Assembly (NCBI GenBank): GCA_036630325.1
Contig: CP142730.1
Coordinates: 682,001-746,000 of the forward strand
Direction of reading: 5' to 3'
DNA: 64,000 nucleotides
Source of the DNA: Vairimorpha necatrix
Lineage: Eukaryota
Positions within the stretch are counted from its first letter, which is position 1. The number at the start of each line of letters is the position of its first letter. The notes beneath the pieces are model-generated. The model saw nothing but the letters and a program-made list of their open reading frames with translations. It ran no database searches and was not told the origin of the DNA. Positions 1-12,817 of the stretch are shown here, in pieces. A program made the position numbers and the translations under genes.

Positions 1-119
1 GATTTGAGAATTTTTAAATGCCTCCTTCAGATTCCTCATTAAGGGGTTAAAAAATTTTAATTTTTTAATCCTTAATAAGAAATTTAAAGGAAGCTATTCG
101 GGAGCTAAATATCTGCGAA

Positions 120-1020
120 GATGCGTGCTTTAGGCACAATGAAGCAGCAATTGATTTTTTTTAGATAATGGTCTTCTTAAAAGATCGATTGCTTGCAAAC
201 ATTGTTCGACATCAGAACGAACTGTTCTTATGAACATTAATGGATGTTCCGGCTAAATTGACGGTAAAGCTTATCGTTGTGTTAATAAAAAGTGTGGTTC
301 GAAGAGTTCACTAAAAAATGGTACGATGTTTAAAGGGATAAGCGTTCAATTTCACAAAATTCTTAGAGCATTCTATGGCTGGGTATTAAATTATACTACT
401 TACCAAGCAATAGATCTTTGCAAAATATGTGAATATTCATATATTTAAAACAAGGATACAGTGATGGAAGTCATTGCTTCTAAAAGCGATAAAAGCTACC
501 AAATATGAGGAACTTCTGTTTGTGTACAATTTGATGAAACCGCCATATGCAACGGGTAATTGTATCCAATCCTTCTTCAACTTTGGATTCCATGTCTGGA
601 ATTCAATGGATTATAGGCGGCATAGTAGAAGGTAACTGTAGAGAATTTGTTCTTGAATTGCTACCGAATCGACAATCTGGTACTATTGAAGAGTTTATTA
701 GACACAGAGTAAAACATGGCTCTATTATAATTTCTGATGGATACCCTTCATGCCCTCCAGCCTCTAGAAATTTTGGGAGTGAACATTACAAAGTAAATCA
801 TTCGCTTGGGTTTATAAATGCAGAAGGAGACCACACAAATAATATAGAAAATTTGTGGTCCCATTTGAAGAATGAATATAGATTGAGAATGAGGCTTTAA
901 AGGCATAGGATAAATTTTTTTCTAAAAGAATTCGCTTGGAAAAAAAAAATATCAATCATTTCAATAATGATGATCATATGTGTGCTTATATAAAAATTTT
1001 AAAACTTTGTAGGTTGAAAT
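120..1020 (+). mobile_element. Degenerate Merlin (IS1595/ISXO2-like) DNA transposon, transposase pseudogene
   Basis: Across frames: VQFDETAI, WIIGGI, IISDGYP and VNHS..F....HTNNIENLWSHLK, which are the Merlin DDE motifs. Stops and frameshifts are present. TIRs are not resolved, so boundaries are approximate. Confidence 0.8.
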
Positions 1021-1053
1021 AATTAAAATTTCTTCTAAATAATTTTTTTTTCT

Positions 1054-1260
1054 AGGGGGGGGGGGGCAAGAAAATGAAGTAGCGCCCAAAGTCCAATGGA
1101 TACGGCGGAGCTTGCTGCACCGGCAAGTTGTATGGAGGGAGTTTTAGTGAGTAAGAATCTCACAGTACCAGTTGGATGAGGATCACACCCAAATCCCCTG
1201 GTCCCTATGCAAGGTTTCTCCCTACCTCTTACTTGCAAGGAAAAAAAAAAAGAAAAAAAA
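1054..1260 (+). repeat. Short non-coding A-tailed repeat (SINE-like or retroelement 3' end)
   Basis: GC-richer ~200 bp, starting with a G run and ending in an A-rich tail. Aligns by eye to 44650-44802. Confidence 0.55.
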
Positions 1261-2050
1261 ATGAAAACTGGCATTATCCATTATAAGAACTTCACCGGGA
1301 TTATTCCAAATAAACATAGAGCATTCAATTTAAAATTCATTAAACTCTCGGAATTATATGCTCCACGTTTATACTAAAATGCCAATAATCCATTTATAGT
1401 AATTACACATATACAGCTTATATTTTGGCCACGATTTGCCGCAACATTATTATAGGCCTTGGTATTCTTTTCTGAATATTCTTAACTTCGCGTAGTATAG
1501 CGTTGAACCCAGTTTCATCAAGAAAAACTAGGTTTTCGGCCGAGTACCTACTAATTTCGGAGGCAAAATACTCCTTTGGTTTATTTTGTAATACAAGTTA
1601 CGTTCAACAGGAATCAAACTGTGCCTTTTTCTTGTTATACCGAGTTTTTTGAGTTTTCTCGATATTGAAGATTTTGACAAATTTACATTTGTTCGTAAAT
1701 TTAACTCATTAGAAATTTCCTGTAAAGTCATATCGTTTGCACAATCGACTATGTTTTTTACAACCCGGTCTGTATCCGAAAGCATTTCACTTTGATTCAA
1801 CTGCCGAATAGACCTTGTAGGTTGGTTGTGCTGGTTTCGAATAATAGATGCAACGGTTTTACGATGTAAATCAATCATAGTCGATATTTCGGCTATGTAT
1901 CGTTTTTCATCTTTTGTTAATTCTAAAATGATATTCTTCAATTCGTTGATTATTGTTTTCCTTATTTTTCTTACCATTGAGGGGAATATAGAAATGCAAA
2001 CATGGGAATATAAAAATGCAAACATTGGAATATAAAAATGCAAACCCCCG
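1261..2050 (-). mobile_element. IS630/Tc1-like transposon, truncated pseudogene
   Basis: CCC-preceded ATG at 1977, HTH-like N-terminus (TLQEISNEL..SKSSISRKLKKLGITRKR), then frameshifted VFLDETGFN and LIMDNASFH. Ends at the A-tail at ~1260. Confidence 0.75.
1983..2048. repeat. Three tandem 22-bp units (GGAATATAAAAATGCAAACAT-like) at the Tc1-like element end
   Basis: Units start at 1983, 2005 and 2027. Probably subterminal transposase-binding repeats (inference). Confidence 0.8.
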
Positions 2051-2222
2051 CAAAGCTAAGGGTAATGATCAAGTAAGCACCAAGAACTCTTCTACTTGGC
2101 TGGTTAAAGGAAACAACCAGCTAGATCCGAAGCAATTTACTGCTTTCTACAGGAAAGAAATGTTTTCTGTGGACAAGAGGAACAATGTCCTCATTTTGAT
2201 CCTCATATGAGGAACGTGGATC

Positions 2223-4726
2223 GGTTAAAAGGGCCACTTTGGTCAAAAAAATGGTATAAATATTTTTTTTAAAAAAAGACCCTTTTTGGAAAGTCAAAAC
2301 GGCAAAAAAAGGAAGAAAAAATAAATTTAATAATATTCGTAAATAAATCACCTTCAAAGTTCCTTCTTAACATATATCTCATCAACGAACCAGTAATCAA
2401 TGTTATGGCTCTGTGTCTTGCCGAAGTCTCATTTTTTAATCCACTCCAATTTCCTTCAATTGTGTTAGTATGACATCTATTGGAATTATTTACAAACTCC
2501 AATGAATGATTAACAGTTTTGTGTTCAGCAAAATAGTCTTTTAACTTAAAATAAGACTTGAAGCATTCATTGTGTGTAATTGATTCGGAGTGAACATAAA
2601 TTTTTAATTATTTCTTTATGTGTTTTGGCTTTCCTATCGTCGACTGGAATCATAACTATCTTTCTTTGGATGGTTCTTTCAACCATCCCAAAAACCCATA
2701 CACCTTCAACCCGATGTCCTCTGTGGTATTTTACTTTACCAAATTTGCTTTCATCTATTTCTACTATTATTCCTGGTCCACCGATTTTACCAGTTCGTTC
2801 GTATACTTTATTTTCAATTATAGAAATTGTTTTTTTTATGATATGTCGAATACATCTTTTACCAATATCAATAAATTCTCCTATATCAGTCTGGTTAACC
2901 TTACAAGACCACAATTTTATTACCGGGGTTTCCGGGTTAGGAGATCCACCCCAAAAGTCGAATTTGGCAACTTTTTAAAAAGAAATTATTATACTAGTAT
3001 AAGAGATCCACCTCCAGCCAAATGGTAAAAAAATTATATTAGAAAAAATGAACCCTTTATTACAATAAACATTTAAATTTCTATAAAATCTTCAAATAAA
3101 TTTTCACAGTCTAGGCCTTCGTCTTCAATTTCAGCACAATTAAGAACATCTTGAAGTTTATTGTTTAAATTAAAAGTATTGTTTTCATGAAAAATTGAAT
3201 CTGTTCCACACAATCTAAAAGCCTTAGAAGCCATTTCAGGAGTTATTTTTTTTAATGCATCCGCCATTGAATTCAAAATATATTCCCAGCTCGGTCTACG
3301 CCTATAACCTTTATTTGTATATTCCGAGAGGCCCGAGAGCAAGCCATTCCTGCCATTTTCTTTTTAATTCGGCCTTAAATGAAGAATTTAATAAAACATC
3401 TAATGGTTGTAGACAAGACGTAGTTTTAGGGGAAATTAAAACGGTTTCAATGTTATTATTAGCAAAACTTTCCATAACTTTTTCAGTATAGTGAGATTTA
3501 TAGGTGTCAAGAATAAGAAGTTTTTTTTCTATTTTCAAATGGCACATATTTGTTTAAACATGCACGAATCCATATAAACATCAGATTTTGATCCATGTTC
3601 CCTGATTTAGGTGTAACTACAAAAAGATTATTTGGCACAAAGCATTTTGGCGGTTTTTTAAGGCCTTTTAAAATGGGCATTCCCCTTAAAACAGTACCTT
3701 CTGAGTAAATAGTAATAACAACGAAAATTTTAGTCTTAGAATTTTTAGTTGTATATGCCTCAGTGTTTTTTTTCGTCGGTAAATGATAATGTCCGCGATT
3801 GCATCATATCAATGTAAACAGGAGTTTCATCCATATTATACACCACTGTTTGGCTGTCCATACAGTTAAATTTATGATTAAAGGCTTCAAAATAATTCAA
3901 CACGGTTTCTTTAATCTCCTGAGGCCTTCTGTTGTCTTCCTGTCCAAAAGATGTTATTTTTCTAAATGAAAAATGATTTCTTCTTTTGAATCCCATCAAC
4001 CAACTCATACTTGCCTAAAAATCTGTAATGGACAACTTCTCTGCTATTTCAAAAGCCTTATCTCTAATATTATAAGTTGAGATAATTCGCTTCTTTTCAC
4101 CTCGCTCTACCTTCACCCAATCCATCAACATTTTTTCTAGAGGAGGCCATTTGGCAGAAGTGCCGGCACGCATTCTTTTGATATTTTTAATAATGCTTTG
4201 GCCTACCATTTTAACTTCGGCCTTTTTTCAATCACATAGCATTTTCCGTGTAATCTGGAACTCTAGAGCAGTCATACTTAAATTTTCATTGTTTTCACGT
4301 AATCTTTGTAATCCTGCTAATTTTTCTTTTAAAATGTAAGATTTCTTTTTCATGGGGGTAAATTTAGAAAAAAAATATAAATGAAATTTCAAATATTTTA
4401 TATCCTTATAAGAGATCCATAGTCTCTTATATGGGTGGATCTCTTAACCCGGAAACCCCGGTATTAACAAAACATCTAAAATATTTGTTTTTTGTAATAA
4501 AATGGAGAGTCTTTTAATAATGACACTTTCCTAACACATTTAGTCATTAATTTATTTTTATTACTTACTTTACAGTAAGCATCGCATTTTGGACACTTTA
4601 CAGTCTTATTTTAAATTGCTGTTGTAAAGATGTTCAAGAGCTCTTCCACTTGACTTTTCATTTTTGGGGTAAAAAAAACAAATTCGCTTAAATACCATTT
4701 TTTTGACCAAAGTGGCCCCCTGCTCC
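2223..4726 (-). mobile_element. Merlin DNA transposon with 9-bp TSD, interrupted by a pogo element
   Basis: TSD ACGTGGATC at 2214-2222 and 4727-4735. Perfect 27-bp inverted repeat GGGCCACTTTGGTCAAAAAAATGGTAT at 2231-2257 / 4692-4718. Transposase pieces: VEIDESKFGK..YHRG..WVFGMVER and HTNTIEGNWS; N-terminus lies at 4464-4662. Confidence 0.9.
2923..4461 (-). mobile_element. pogo/Tigger-like (Tc1/mariner superfamily) transposon, pseudogenised
   Basis: 29-bp TIRs CCGGGGTTTCCGGGTTA(G/A)GAGATCCACCC with one mismatch, flanked by TA at 2921-22 and 4462-63. ATG at 4353 after CCCCC. CENP-B-like HTH (LEKMLMDWV; SWLMGFKRRN), then YNMDETP, LILDTYKSH and LQPLDV. Confidence 0.92.
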
Positions 4727-6479
4727 ACGTGGATCATTTAAATACCAAGTGTGATCGAATGTTGGGGGTTGATTACATGAAAATACTCAACGAGGTAGTT
4801 AGATCCATTCATCTCTTACTATGCATTAAACATGGGTTTAAAAAGACAAAGATAATACGTGGACACACAGTACAAGAGATCATGGAAAATGATTGTGCAA
4901 AAATAAGAGAGACACGAGAATATCCACCAATATAAAGGTGACTCATAATAAGCTTGATATTCATGTGTTTACAAGGAGAAGAAGGAGATTTTAATATTTG
5001 AAGTTGGTAGAACCACTCAGGATCGACTTACTCTAGTCGATATGAAAATAAAAAATATGACCTTTTGCAAATGAGTTGGGATTAATACATAACCCCGCAA
5101 AAAATTGTTATTTATGGACTTACATGGGATGTGGTGACCGAACATTACAAAAAGCAAATGACTAGCTGGAAACCAACCCTACCTGGAAGCATTCCCGCCA
5201 GTTTATTATGAAGAAGAAGACTCTAGAGTCGATATCTTTGGAACGACGACGAGGATACGATCAGGAGGATGCAGGAGAGGAAGAAGGGCTAGAGCTGAAA
5301 GCGCACTAGCAAATATGGCGACTGTTAAAGAAGTGTTTGCGAAGATTAATGAAGCTGGAAATTTAGTGTTGAAAAACATAAAAGTTCTTACAGAAACCAA
5401 AGTCTGTGAAGAGCAAAATTCCATGAGCGATTTCCGGGAAAGATGTCCTATGAAAATCTAGGCTTAATGATAAATTAACTCAATAAATCTGATTTAAATC
5501 GGTTTTATGTATTAAAACAACTTGTCTGAATTGTACAAGCTATGTTAGATGCAATCTAGAAAAAAACAGAAAATTTTATAAAGACGTCCTTAGTTGCAAA
5601 CTTAAAAAGGAGTTGTGGCTATTTCAATAGGATGACACATTGAAGTTGCATTGTAATGGAAAGATACAAGAGGTGTTTGAGTTTGTTTAGAAATTTTGCG
5701 CCCATAATGATTCCGATTACATAAAACCTACATATCAATAATAGCTATCATAATCTGTGCCTATGATGTAAAAATGTTTGGCCGTTGTTTAATATAACAA
5801 AGAAAAATTGGCATATATTATTATACCAACTGGCATCAATTCCAGTAAAAAAATATCAAAATGGCAAAGAAGTCTTTTATACAATCACTGTTAGGAATTA
5901 TAATTGCAAAAGTTACTACATTCTACTAATTTGTGATTATGAAAAATATAAATAATATGAGATTCAAAGAAATATGTTATAAGACGTATATGGATTTTAT
6001 TTAACAGCATCGATACAGTTTATATTTGTAACAAACAAAATGCATACAGTTTGAAATTAAAATCCGGAGCCCTTATCGAGCGTGGATGCACTAAGCGAAA
6101 ACAAAAAAACGTCTGGTTCAAATTTTTTAAAAAAATAATGCAAAAACGAGTCATACTGCCTAATATATCCTGGTCGACCTCAAATTCGTTTAGAATGTTT
6201 ACAGCATTGCATTATTTTTAATCTTTTTTATATGCATTTGCTATTTTTGCTACCGCGCGTAAAATTTTATCTCAAAAGTTTATTTACTAATTAGCATGAA
6301 TTTTAGAAACCGCCGTTAGTATTTGTATATTTCCTGTTTATAACTTTTTTTAGTTTTTTGTTTTTTCCCGAACAAAAAAATATCGCCATGCAAGCTAGTA
6401 ACGCTTGCCTGACCATGAGACTTTCCGTGGCCCAAATATGGGAGACATAACTTTCATGTGTTTTTAAACCACTTAAGTC

Positions 6480-6960
6480 TTTTAATCTAAGTAAAAATGT
6501 TATTTACCATTTTTTGTGTAACTATGGATCTACGGCTTCTCATTCAAACAAATTTACTTTGTAATATAAAAATTTCCGCTATGATTTCGCTAAAATCTAT
6601 TCACAGTATGTCCTAAAAGATAATTACATCATAGTTTATGTAAAAGAAAACATTTTTAAAAATTTCCGTTTGCCTGTATGGCATAAAATATATGCCATCA
6701 AATCTTTTTGCACAATCAAAAAATCTAAAATAATTGTCGTAATATACAAACATTTTCGCACTTAAAGTTTTCCCTTGAGTTCTGATTGTACCGGGAATGT
6801 ACATTGATTATTTGCAATTTCTTTGGACAAAATTTAAATACTTTTTGCCACTTTTGTCGATAGAAAAGCTCACCTTTGGTGTAATTAATAATTTATCTTC
6901 ATTCTTGATAACAATTGACTTTTTTAAATCTTTAGAATCTGCAGTTATTGCTTACAGAAA
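6480..6960 (-). pseudogene. Possible decayed protein-coding sequence of unknown identity
   Basis: The frame of ORF 6613-6804 stays protein-like upstream (..KSIVIKNEDKLLITPKVSFSIDK..) across a single TAA, and downstream across more stops. Confidence 0.3.
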
Positions 6961-8702
6961 TTAATCTAGTTAATCCAAAAATTTTATCATATTTGTTAGC
7001 AAAATATGCTTTGAACAAGTGCACACATGAGTTTAAACTCAACAGTGTTGATTATACAATAGTGTTAATTTTAAAATATATCGTAACATTGTAAGTAGTG
7101 AAATATACATTTAAATGTATTTTGGACACAAATACTTATGGTCTATTATGAGTAAAGCGAACTGAAGAATTCAATCTCAAATCGATCTTGCAAGTTATAA
7201 TCTTAGATTTGGTGTATATATATGTTTATAATTTATTTAAGAATCTATTGACTGAATTTTATATAGTAAAAATGGCGAAACATCAACATGTGTCATGTAA
7301 CAAACTCCGGTTCCCACACTGATCATCAAATACTCTATGAAGCTTCTCCTCTAGCAACTTTTTAAAAAAATTTTGTGTTAAAATTAAAAATAAAGCTTGT
7401 TGCAATCTAATTGTCATACATTTTCAGTTTAAATGCTTTGGATGTCTTTTGTTGATAAGTCGTCGAGTGTGTTGATTAACTGTGAAAATTACTAGATAGA
7501 TGATTTATTATTGGTTATGAATTAAATTTTTTTTTACTTCTTAAAATTAGCATAAACGTCAGACATTATTATAAGATTTTGTTTTGGATATGATTCATAA
7601 CTTGTAATTTATATTAAAGACACGATTGAAAAAAAAATCTATATTGTTAATGGTTTATATTTTTAAGATATATTTTTTTTAATTTATGAAAAATCCTATT
7701 TAGATCAAAATTGCATTATCTATTCCTTAATACGCATGAAAAGATTATAAAATTCTGCCTTCTAAGACATATTAATTTTATTTTTTGACCTTCAGAGATA
7801 TAATATTGAAAAAAAATTGTACTTTTCTTTGATTTATTAACTAACATATAATATTGTATTTAAAAATTGCTTAATTTTTTGTGTATTAAGTGAAAATTTT
7901 ATCACATATTAAATCAATAAATATAATATGTTTTTGACAAATTGAAAATGTTACATATATATGTACAGAAAATCTTGTATGCTTTAAATGCAATTATTTT
8001 CTCTTTCTCCTTTATAGACAAAAAAATAATAATTTATATTTATTAGAGAGATGATTATTGGCTAATATAGTAATATTCACTTATTTATATGAAAGTTTAT
8101 TATAATTCATTTGTTAATGTCAATTTAACAAGATACCAAATCTTTTATAATAATTATAGGTTGATAAATATTATCATATCTATAAGTTGTGTAGTAAACC
8201 AATAAAGCATCAAGGATTAAAAAACCATTTACTATATTTACTTGTAATTATATTTAGTAAAAAACATAAAAATAACAATTTTTCTATAATTAAGTGAATT
8301 TATAAGTAGAGCATTTATTTATTTTTTTATAAAGTAGCTAGTTTATATAATTAAATTTAAAATATAAAATAAGAACATAATAAGAGCTCATTGGATATCA
8401 TAAACAACTAATAAACATAAATTAATTTTTTTTGCTAAATTTTTTTTATATAAAATTGATTTATTGATTTTATTTTTTTCATTGATTAATCAAAAATGAC
8501 GAGTAAAAAAGAACTGTAAAAACAAATTTTATGTACAAAATTTTAAAAATATACTTTTTAACGGTGAAAAAAACAGAAATGTATATTATTAGACTTTCAA
8601 TTAATTTTGTCATTGGTGTTTAAAGTAACATTATTTGAATTTATAAGGGAACCTCTCCTATTCCCCTTTATATACATAAAAATATTTTTTTGTCTGTTTG
8701 GT

Positions 8703-9539
8703 ATGGTCGGTAGAAGAAGATCGGAAAAAACGCATATAAACAAACCAAAATCAAATCCTTCGTCCGACGATGTTTCTAATGATGAATCTGATGGTAAAAA
8801 CGGCACTATGAAGATTAAAAACTATGAAAATTCAAATATATATGTCCCTAGGAGGAATTTTAGATCTCATCCCCCTTACCCAGTCCCGAATAGTAGAGAG
8901 CAATTAGCAACGCCAACTAACATTAATTGTCGGCGGCATTTTTACCAAAGAAGAAACAAAATTGGATTAGATTATTTAAAAGAAGCGGCCGAATTAAATA
9001 AGTATGTTTACAGAAAAAAAACTGCCTTAGAATATTTGTGTGAATTAGCGAAGGAAGAGGTTATTAAGATGCAGATCCAACACGTTTATGAAAAACAAAT
9101 CAATTCCGAAAATTTTAATCAAAAAAATGCAAAACTTATCGGTGGTGATATAAATCAAACAGATATTATGCAAAATAAACTTAATAGAGACGATCCAGAA
9201 ATACATTTACCCTATGTTGTTCCACCAAAACGGAGGTCATACAAAAAAATAGAAAATATAGAAAAAATTTTGCCTGAGAATGAGACCATACAAAGTTTCA
9301 CAGATTTTCCAGACGATTTATTCACTACAAAGGTCAGAAATGGGGTCACAGTGTTCTGCTGTGCAGACGACGATTGTGATATGGAACTGCCTTCCTTGAC
9401 TCGAATAAAAAGGCACTACTTGGTCCACACGAACTTAAAACCCTTTAAATGTCTAAATAAGCATTGTAATAAGAGGTACTCAAGAAGGGATAACATGCTT
9501 CATCATTATAAAAGCCACTGTAAACACAACAGAAACTAA
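8703..9539 (+). CDS. C2H2 zinc-finger transcription factor
   Basis: Two C-terminal fingers, [14 protein letters not shown] and [24 protein letters not shown], with a TNLKPF linker. First in-frame ATG is at 8703. Confidence 0.88.
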   Translation: MVGRRRSEKTHINKPKSNPSSDDVSNDESDGKNGTMKIKNYENSNIYVPRRNFRSHPPYPVPNSREQLATPTNINCRRHFYQRRNKIGLDYLKEAAELNKYVYRKKTALEYLCELAKEEVIKMQIQHVYEKQINSENFNQKNAKLIGGDINQTDIMQNKLNRDDPEIHLPYVVPPKRRSYKKIENIEKILPENETIQSFTDFPDDLFTTKVRNGVTVFCCADDDCDMELPSLTRIKRHYLVHTNLKPFKCLNKHCNKRYSRRDNMLHHYKSHCKHNRN

Positions 9540-11867
9540 TGGGAAATATTAATTGTATAAAAATAAGGTCTAGACCTATATTATTATGATGTAAAATTAA
9601 AACAATAAATATTTTTTAAAATAATTTCTATTTGTAATTTCGTATTTTTTTCAAATTTTTTCATGCTATTTTTTATGTTGAAATTTGACAGGATAAAAAT
9701 TTTCATAAAATGGATAAATTTTTCGTAAATATTCATTGCTCATGCAATTGAATAAAATAATATAACGAACCAGCTAAATAGTTATTCAAAAGCTATAAAT
9801 TATATTTTATAATCAATTTTTTTTTTTGAAAAAAACAGTTTTTGATTTAGGTTTTAAGCTTATGATTTTACAATTATAGAATATCGGACTAATGAAAATA
9901 TATAAAACTCATTTTCGTTAGTATTTAATGCAATATCAAGAAATTTTTATATTATTTTTGCTAAAGAATTATTAAAATCAATTTTGTTACTTTTCTGTTT
10001 TGAAATTAATCTGATTTTTATAGTAATCACAATTGTTTTCTAGGTCGCTTCTAGTTTTCAGGTTTCATAGTTTTCTGTAGACTAGGAGGTATTACAATCT
10101 TCTTTTTCGTAACTAGAAATCAAAAATGCAAATCATTTCTCCCTATATTACAGCAATATTTTGACAGTATATTAGTACGTCATTTAAAACAAAAAGAATT
10201 AAGCTATACATTAATGTATACTAACAGTTAATCTTCAGAAGGTGTTTTTTATACATAAACTGTTGCTATCATACATTAGAATAGGATTTTACATCTCCGC
10301 CATATATATACGTTTCTAGTTAGTAGTTTTCAAATCTTTTGAATTATCTATAATTGCACATCACAAAAAGGTGGGCTTTTATAAAAATTATATTTCACAA
10401 CGAAGAATAGGAATCACGCTACAGAAAAATGATCTAGTTTTTTATAATATTTCGTTTACGCATAATCTAACTTTTTTTGATAACAGCAAAGACGATATGG
10501 CTTTTAGGTGTTATCCCGCATTTTGAAATGTATTGAGTTTTTACACCGTCTTGTTAATGTAAACTCATAAAAACTTTAAAAGTATTAATTTAAGGTTCTA
10601 ACCGATGATAAATTATCTATTATAACATTGCAGCATTTAAATTTACAACAATTCCAATATTCATTTTCAACTAAATAAAATAAGACAAATTGAAGTAAAT
10701 AGCATTTCATAGCTAAAGATTGTAATGAAGATTATAATATGCAGGGTTTATTATCATTTAAGCTTTGTTGCATTTATTCCAAATTGCTTTTTGTTGCATA
10801 AGATTTTATAGGTTAGGCCGAGATATATTGTCTTGAGACTTAAAAAATTTATGCTATCTTCCTATATCAAAATATACTGCTTTTTATATACATAATATTT
10901 GCTTAATTATCAATCTTGATTAAGGATATACCTACATTTCTTTTCAAAATAAAAATGAAGGTTTTCAATTTTTTCATAAATAAAAATTTTATAAGGGCTC
11001 TTAGAAAGATTAAGAACATTGCAATATTATAAATATTTTGTTAGGAATTATGACTAGATATTTAATAGTACTTGTTTTACGGTATATTATGGACTTTTCT
11101 GATTGAGATCTAAATTTTAATATTTTTTACTATAATAAACTCGAGAGCTCATTCTTTAATTTCAGACATAAGACATGATTAATGAGTTATATAATCAATA
11201 AATATAATTATTAGTCTAGGTAGAAGACATTTAATATAATCTTACGAGATATAATATTACTAGAAAGAAAATTACAGATTTTGATAAGAAACAAATGCAA
11301 ATTTTTTAAAGGATGAAGTTAAAGGTTAAAGCAGAAAACAGCTTTATGAACATTTACAAATAAAAAGTAAACTTTTTATGAATTTTTTTGTTATAACTCA
11401 GATCAAATTTTAATAAATAAGTTTTTTTAAAAATTTATTTGTTAATTTATTTCTTATTTGTCGTAGTTTCAAAAAACAATTTATTCTCATTAAAAACGAA
11501 GATGCTGGGTATTAAATGTTTTTTAATTGCAATTTTGACAGATAAATCATATTTACGTAAATAAAGAAGAGGGATTCGTAGATCGCACATATAAATGATA
11601 TATTCTATAATTTGTTATTATAATACTTGATCTAATTATATTTGAACAATCCTTTCAAAAAAATGATATTTTATTTATCTTATAAATTTTTATTATATTT
11701 TTTAATTAGCACAATACCTCATATTTTTAACTAATTTGAAAGTGTATTTTTTATTTACACATTTTTTTTATTTTTTTGTTCATTTACCCGAAACGGAGTG
11801 ATGTAAATCCTCCATATCGTGACTTATAACTTTTTTAAAAAAAAAATTAAAAAAATTTGGGGTTATA

Positions 11868-12371
11868 ATGGGGAACAAGACAAAGTCGAAACAGAAAAAA
11901 AATAAAAAATCTCTCAATAAAGAACATGAATACAAAGGAGATATTAATAATTTTGATGATTTCGCTGCATTTTATAGAAGACGAAATCGGATGATGAGTA
12001 ATCCCATCCCACAGAGTACTAAAAAAGATGATTTGTATATGGAATGTACTGATGAATACAATACTTATTATAACAACATTCTTTATCTTGGTAAGAAAAA
12101 GAGTCCACTCAGAATTTTATCTGAATTGGCTTATTTAGATTATTATAGAAATAATTTAGTTAAAGAAGAGGAGTTTGAAAAAAGAATTTGTGTTTTTGGT
12201 CATAAAGGATGTAAAAAAAAGGAATGTTGGGTTGAAAAATGTAGGAATTGCAGCGATAAAGCGTGTCCTACGTGTGCTTCAAATAAAGTTAATATTATTA
12301 ACGAGTATTTTAGTGCTAATGATGATGATGATTTAGATATTGAACATTATAAGAAAAGACATCTTGATTAA
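11868..12371 (+). CDS. Hypothetical basic, Cys-rich protein (possible zinc-binding regulator)
   Basis: 167-aa ORF after a GGGG motif. Lys-rich N-terminus and a CVFGHKGC..EC....CRNC...ACPTC cluster. Confidence 0.7.
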   Translation: MGNKTKSKQKKNKKSLNKEHEYKGDINNFDDFAAFYRRRNRMMSNPIPQSTKKDDLYMECTDEYNTYYNNILYLGKKKSPLRILSELAYLDYYRNNLVKEEEFEKRICVFGHKGCKKKECWVEKCRNCSDKACPTCASNKVNIINEYFSANDDDDLDIEHYKKRHLD

Positions 12372-12817
12372 ATTTAGAAAATATTTTTCTGATAAATTAA
12401 AAAAAACTATTTAGACTTTAAAAAGTCCCCTAAAAATATATTTTAGTATATTTTGATAAATTAAAAAGTACATAAATGAACATTTTTTTGTTAAAAATTT
12501 TAATTTATTTTTAGTATTTAGATCATAAATGATAAATTAATATTTATTAAAATTGTCAAATTTATTATAGAATTAAATTTTAGATATTATTTTAAGATAG
12601 ATTTGACTTTTCAAATTAAGTATCTTAAATAAAGCACAAAATTCATGACCCAAAATAAATACGGGTAGGATATAATACCTTTTAAAGTACGATTAATAAT
12701 TAAAATAATATTGAATATAAATAAATAATATCTTTTAAGAAAAGAATATGCCGAATTTGTTTTTTATAAACAAATTGTTGTCGTTAATTTCCTAAGTTAA
12801 AATTTTTTATTCTATTA

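Larger units (their letters stand above)
2051..5470 (+). mobile_element. 3' fragment of an RLE-type (R4/Dong-like) non-LTR retrotransposon, split by the Merlin insertion
   Basis: 2051-2222 reads SSTWLVKGN..SEAIYCFLQERN..CPH..NVD. From 4727 it continues VDHL..KCDRMLG.DY...NEVVRSIHL (CCHC-type knuckle), then decayed PD-(D/E)xK-like endonuclease sequence. Confidence 0.7.

Noticed and set aside
6613-6804. piggyBac transposase (GTIR and YDNYF words)
   Set aside because: The motifs are in the wrong order for piggyBac, and no TTAA-flanked TIRs were found.
9540-11860. Long AT-rich gap as a centromere/origin or hidden gene (also 55710-57190)
   Set aside because: No ORF, repeat or periodic structure visible by eye.
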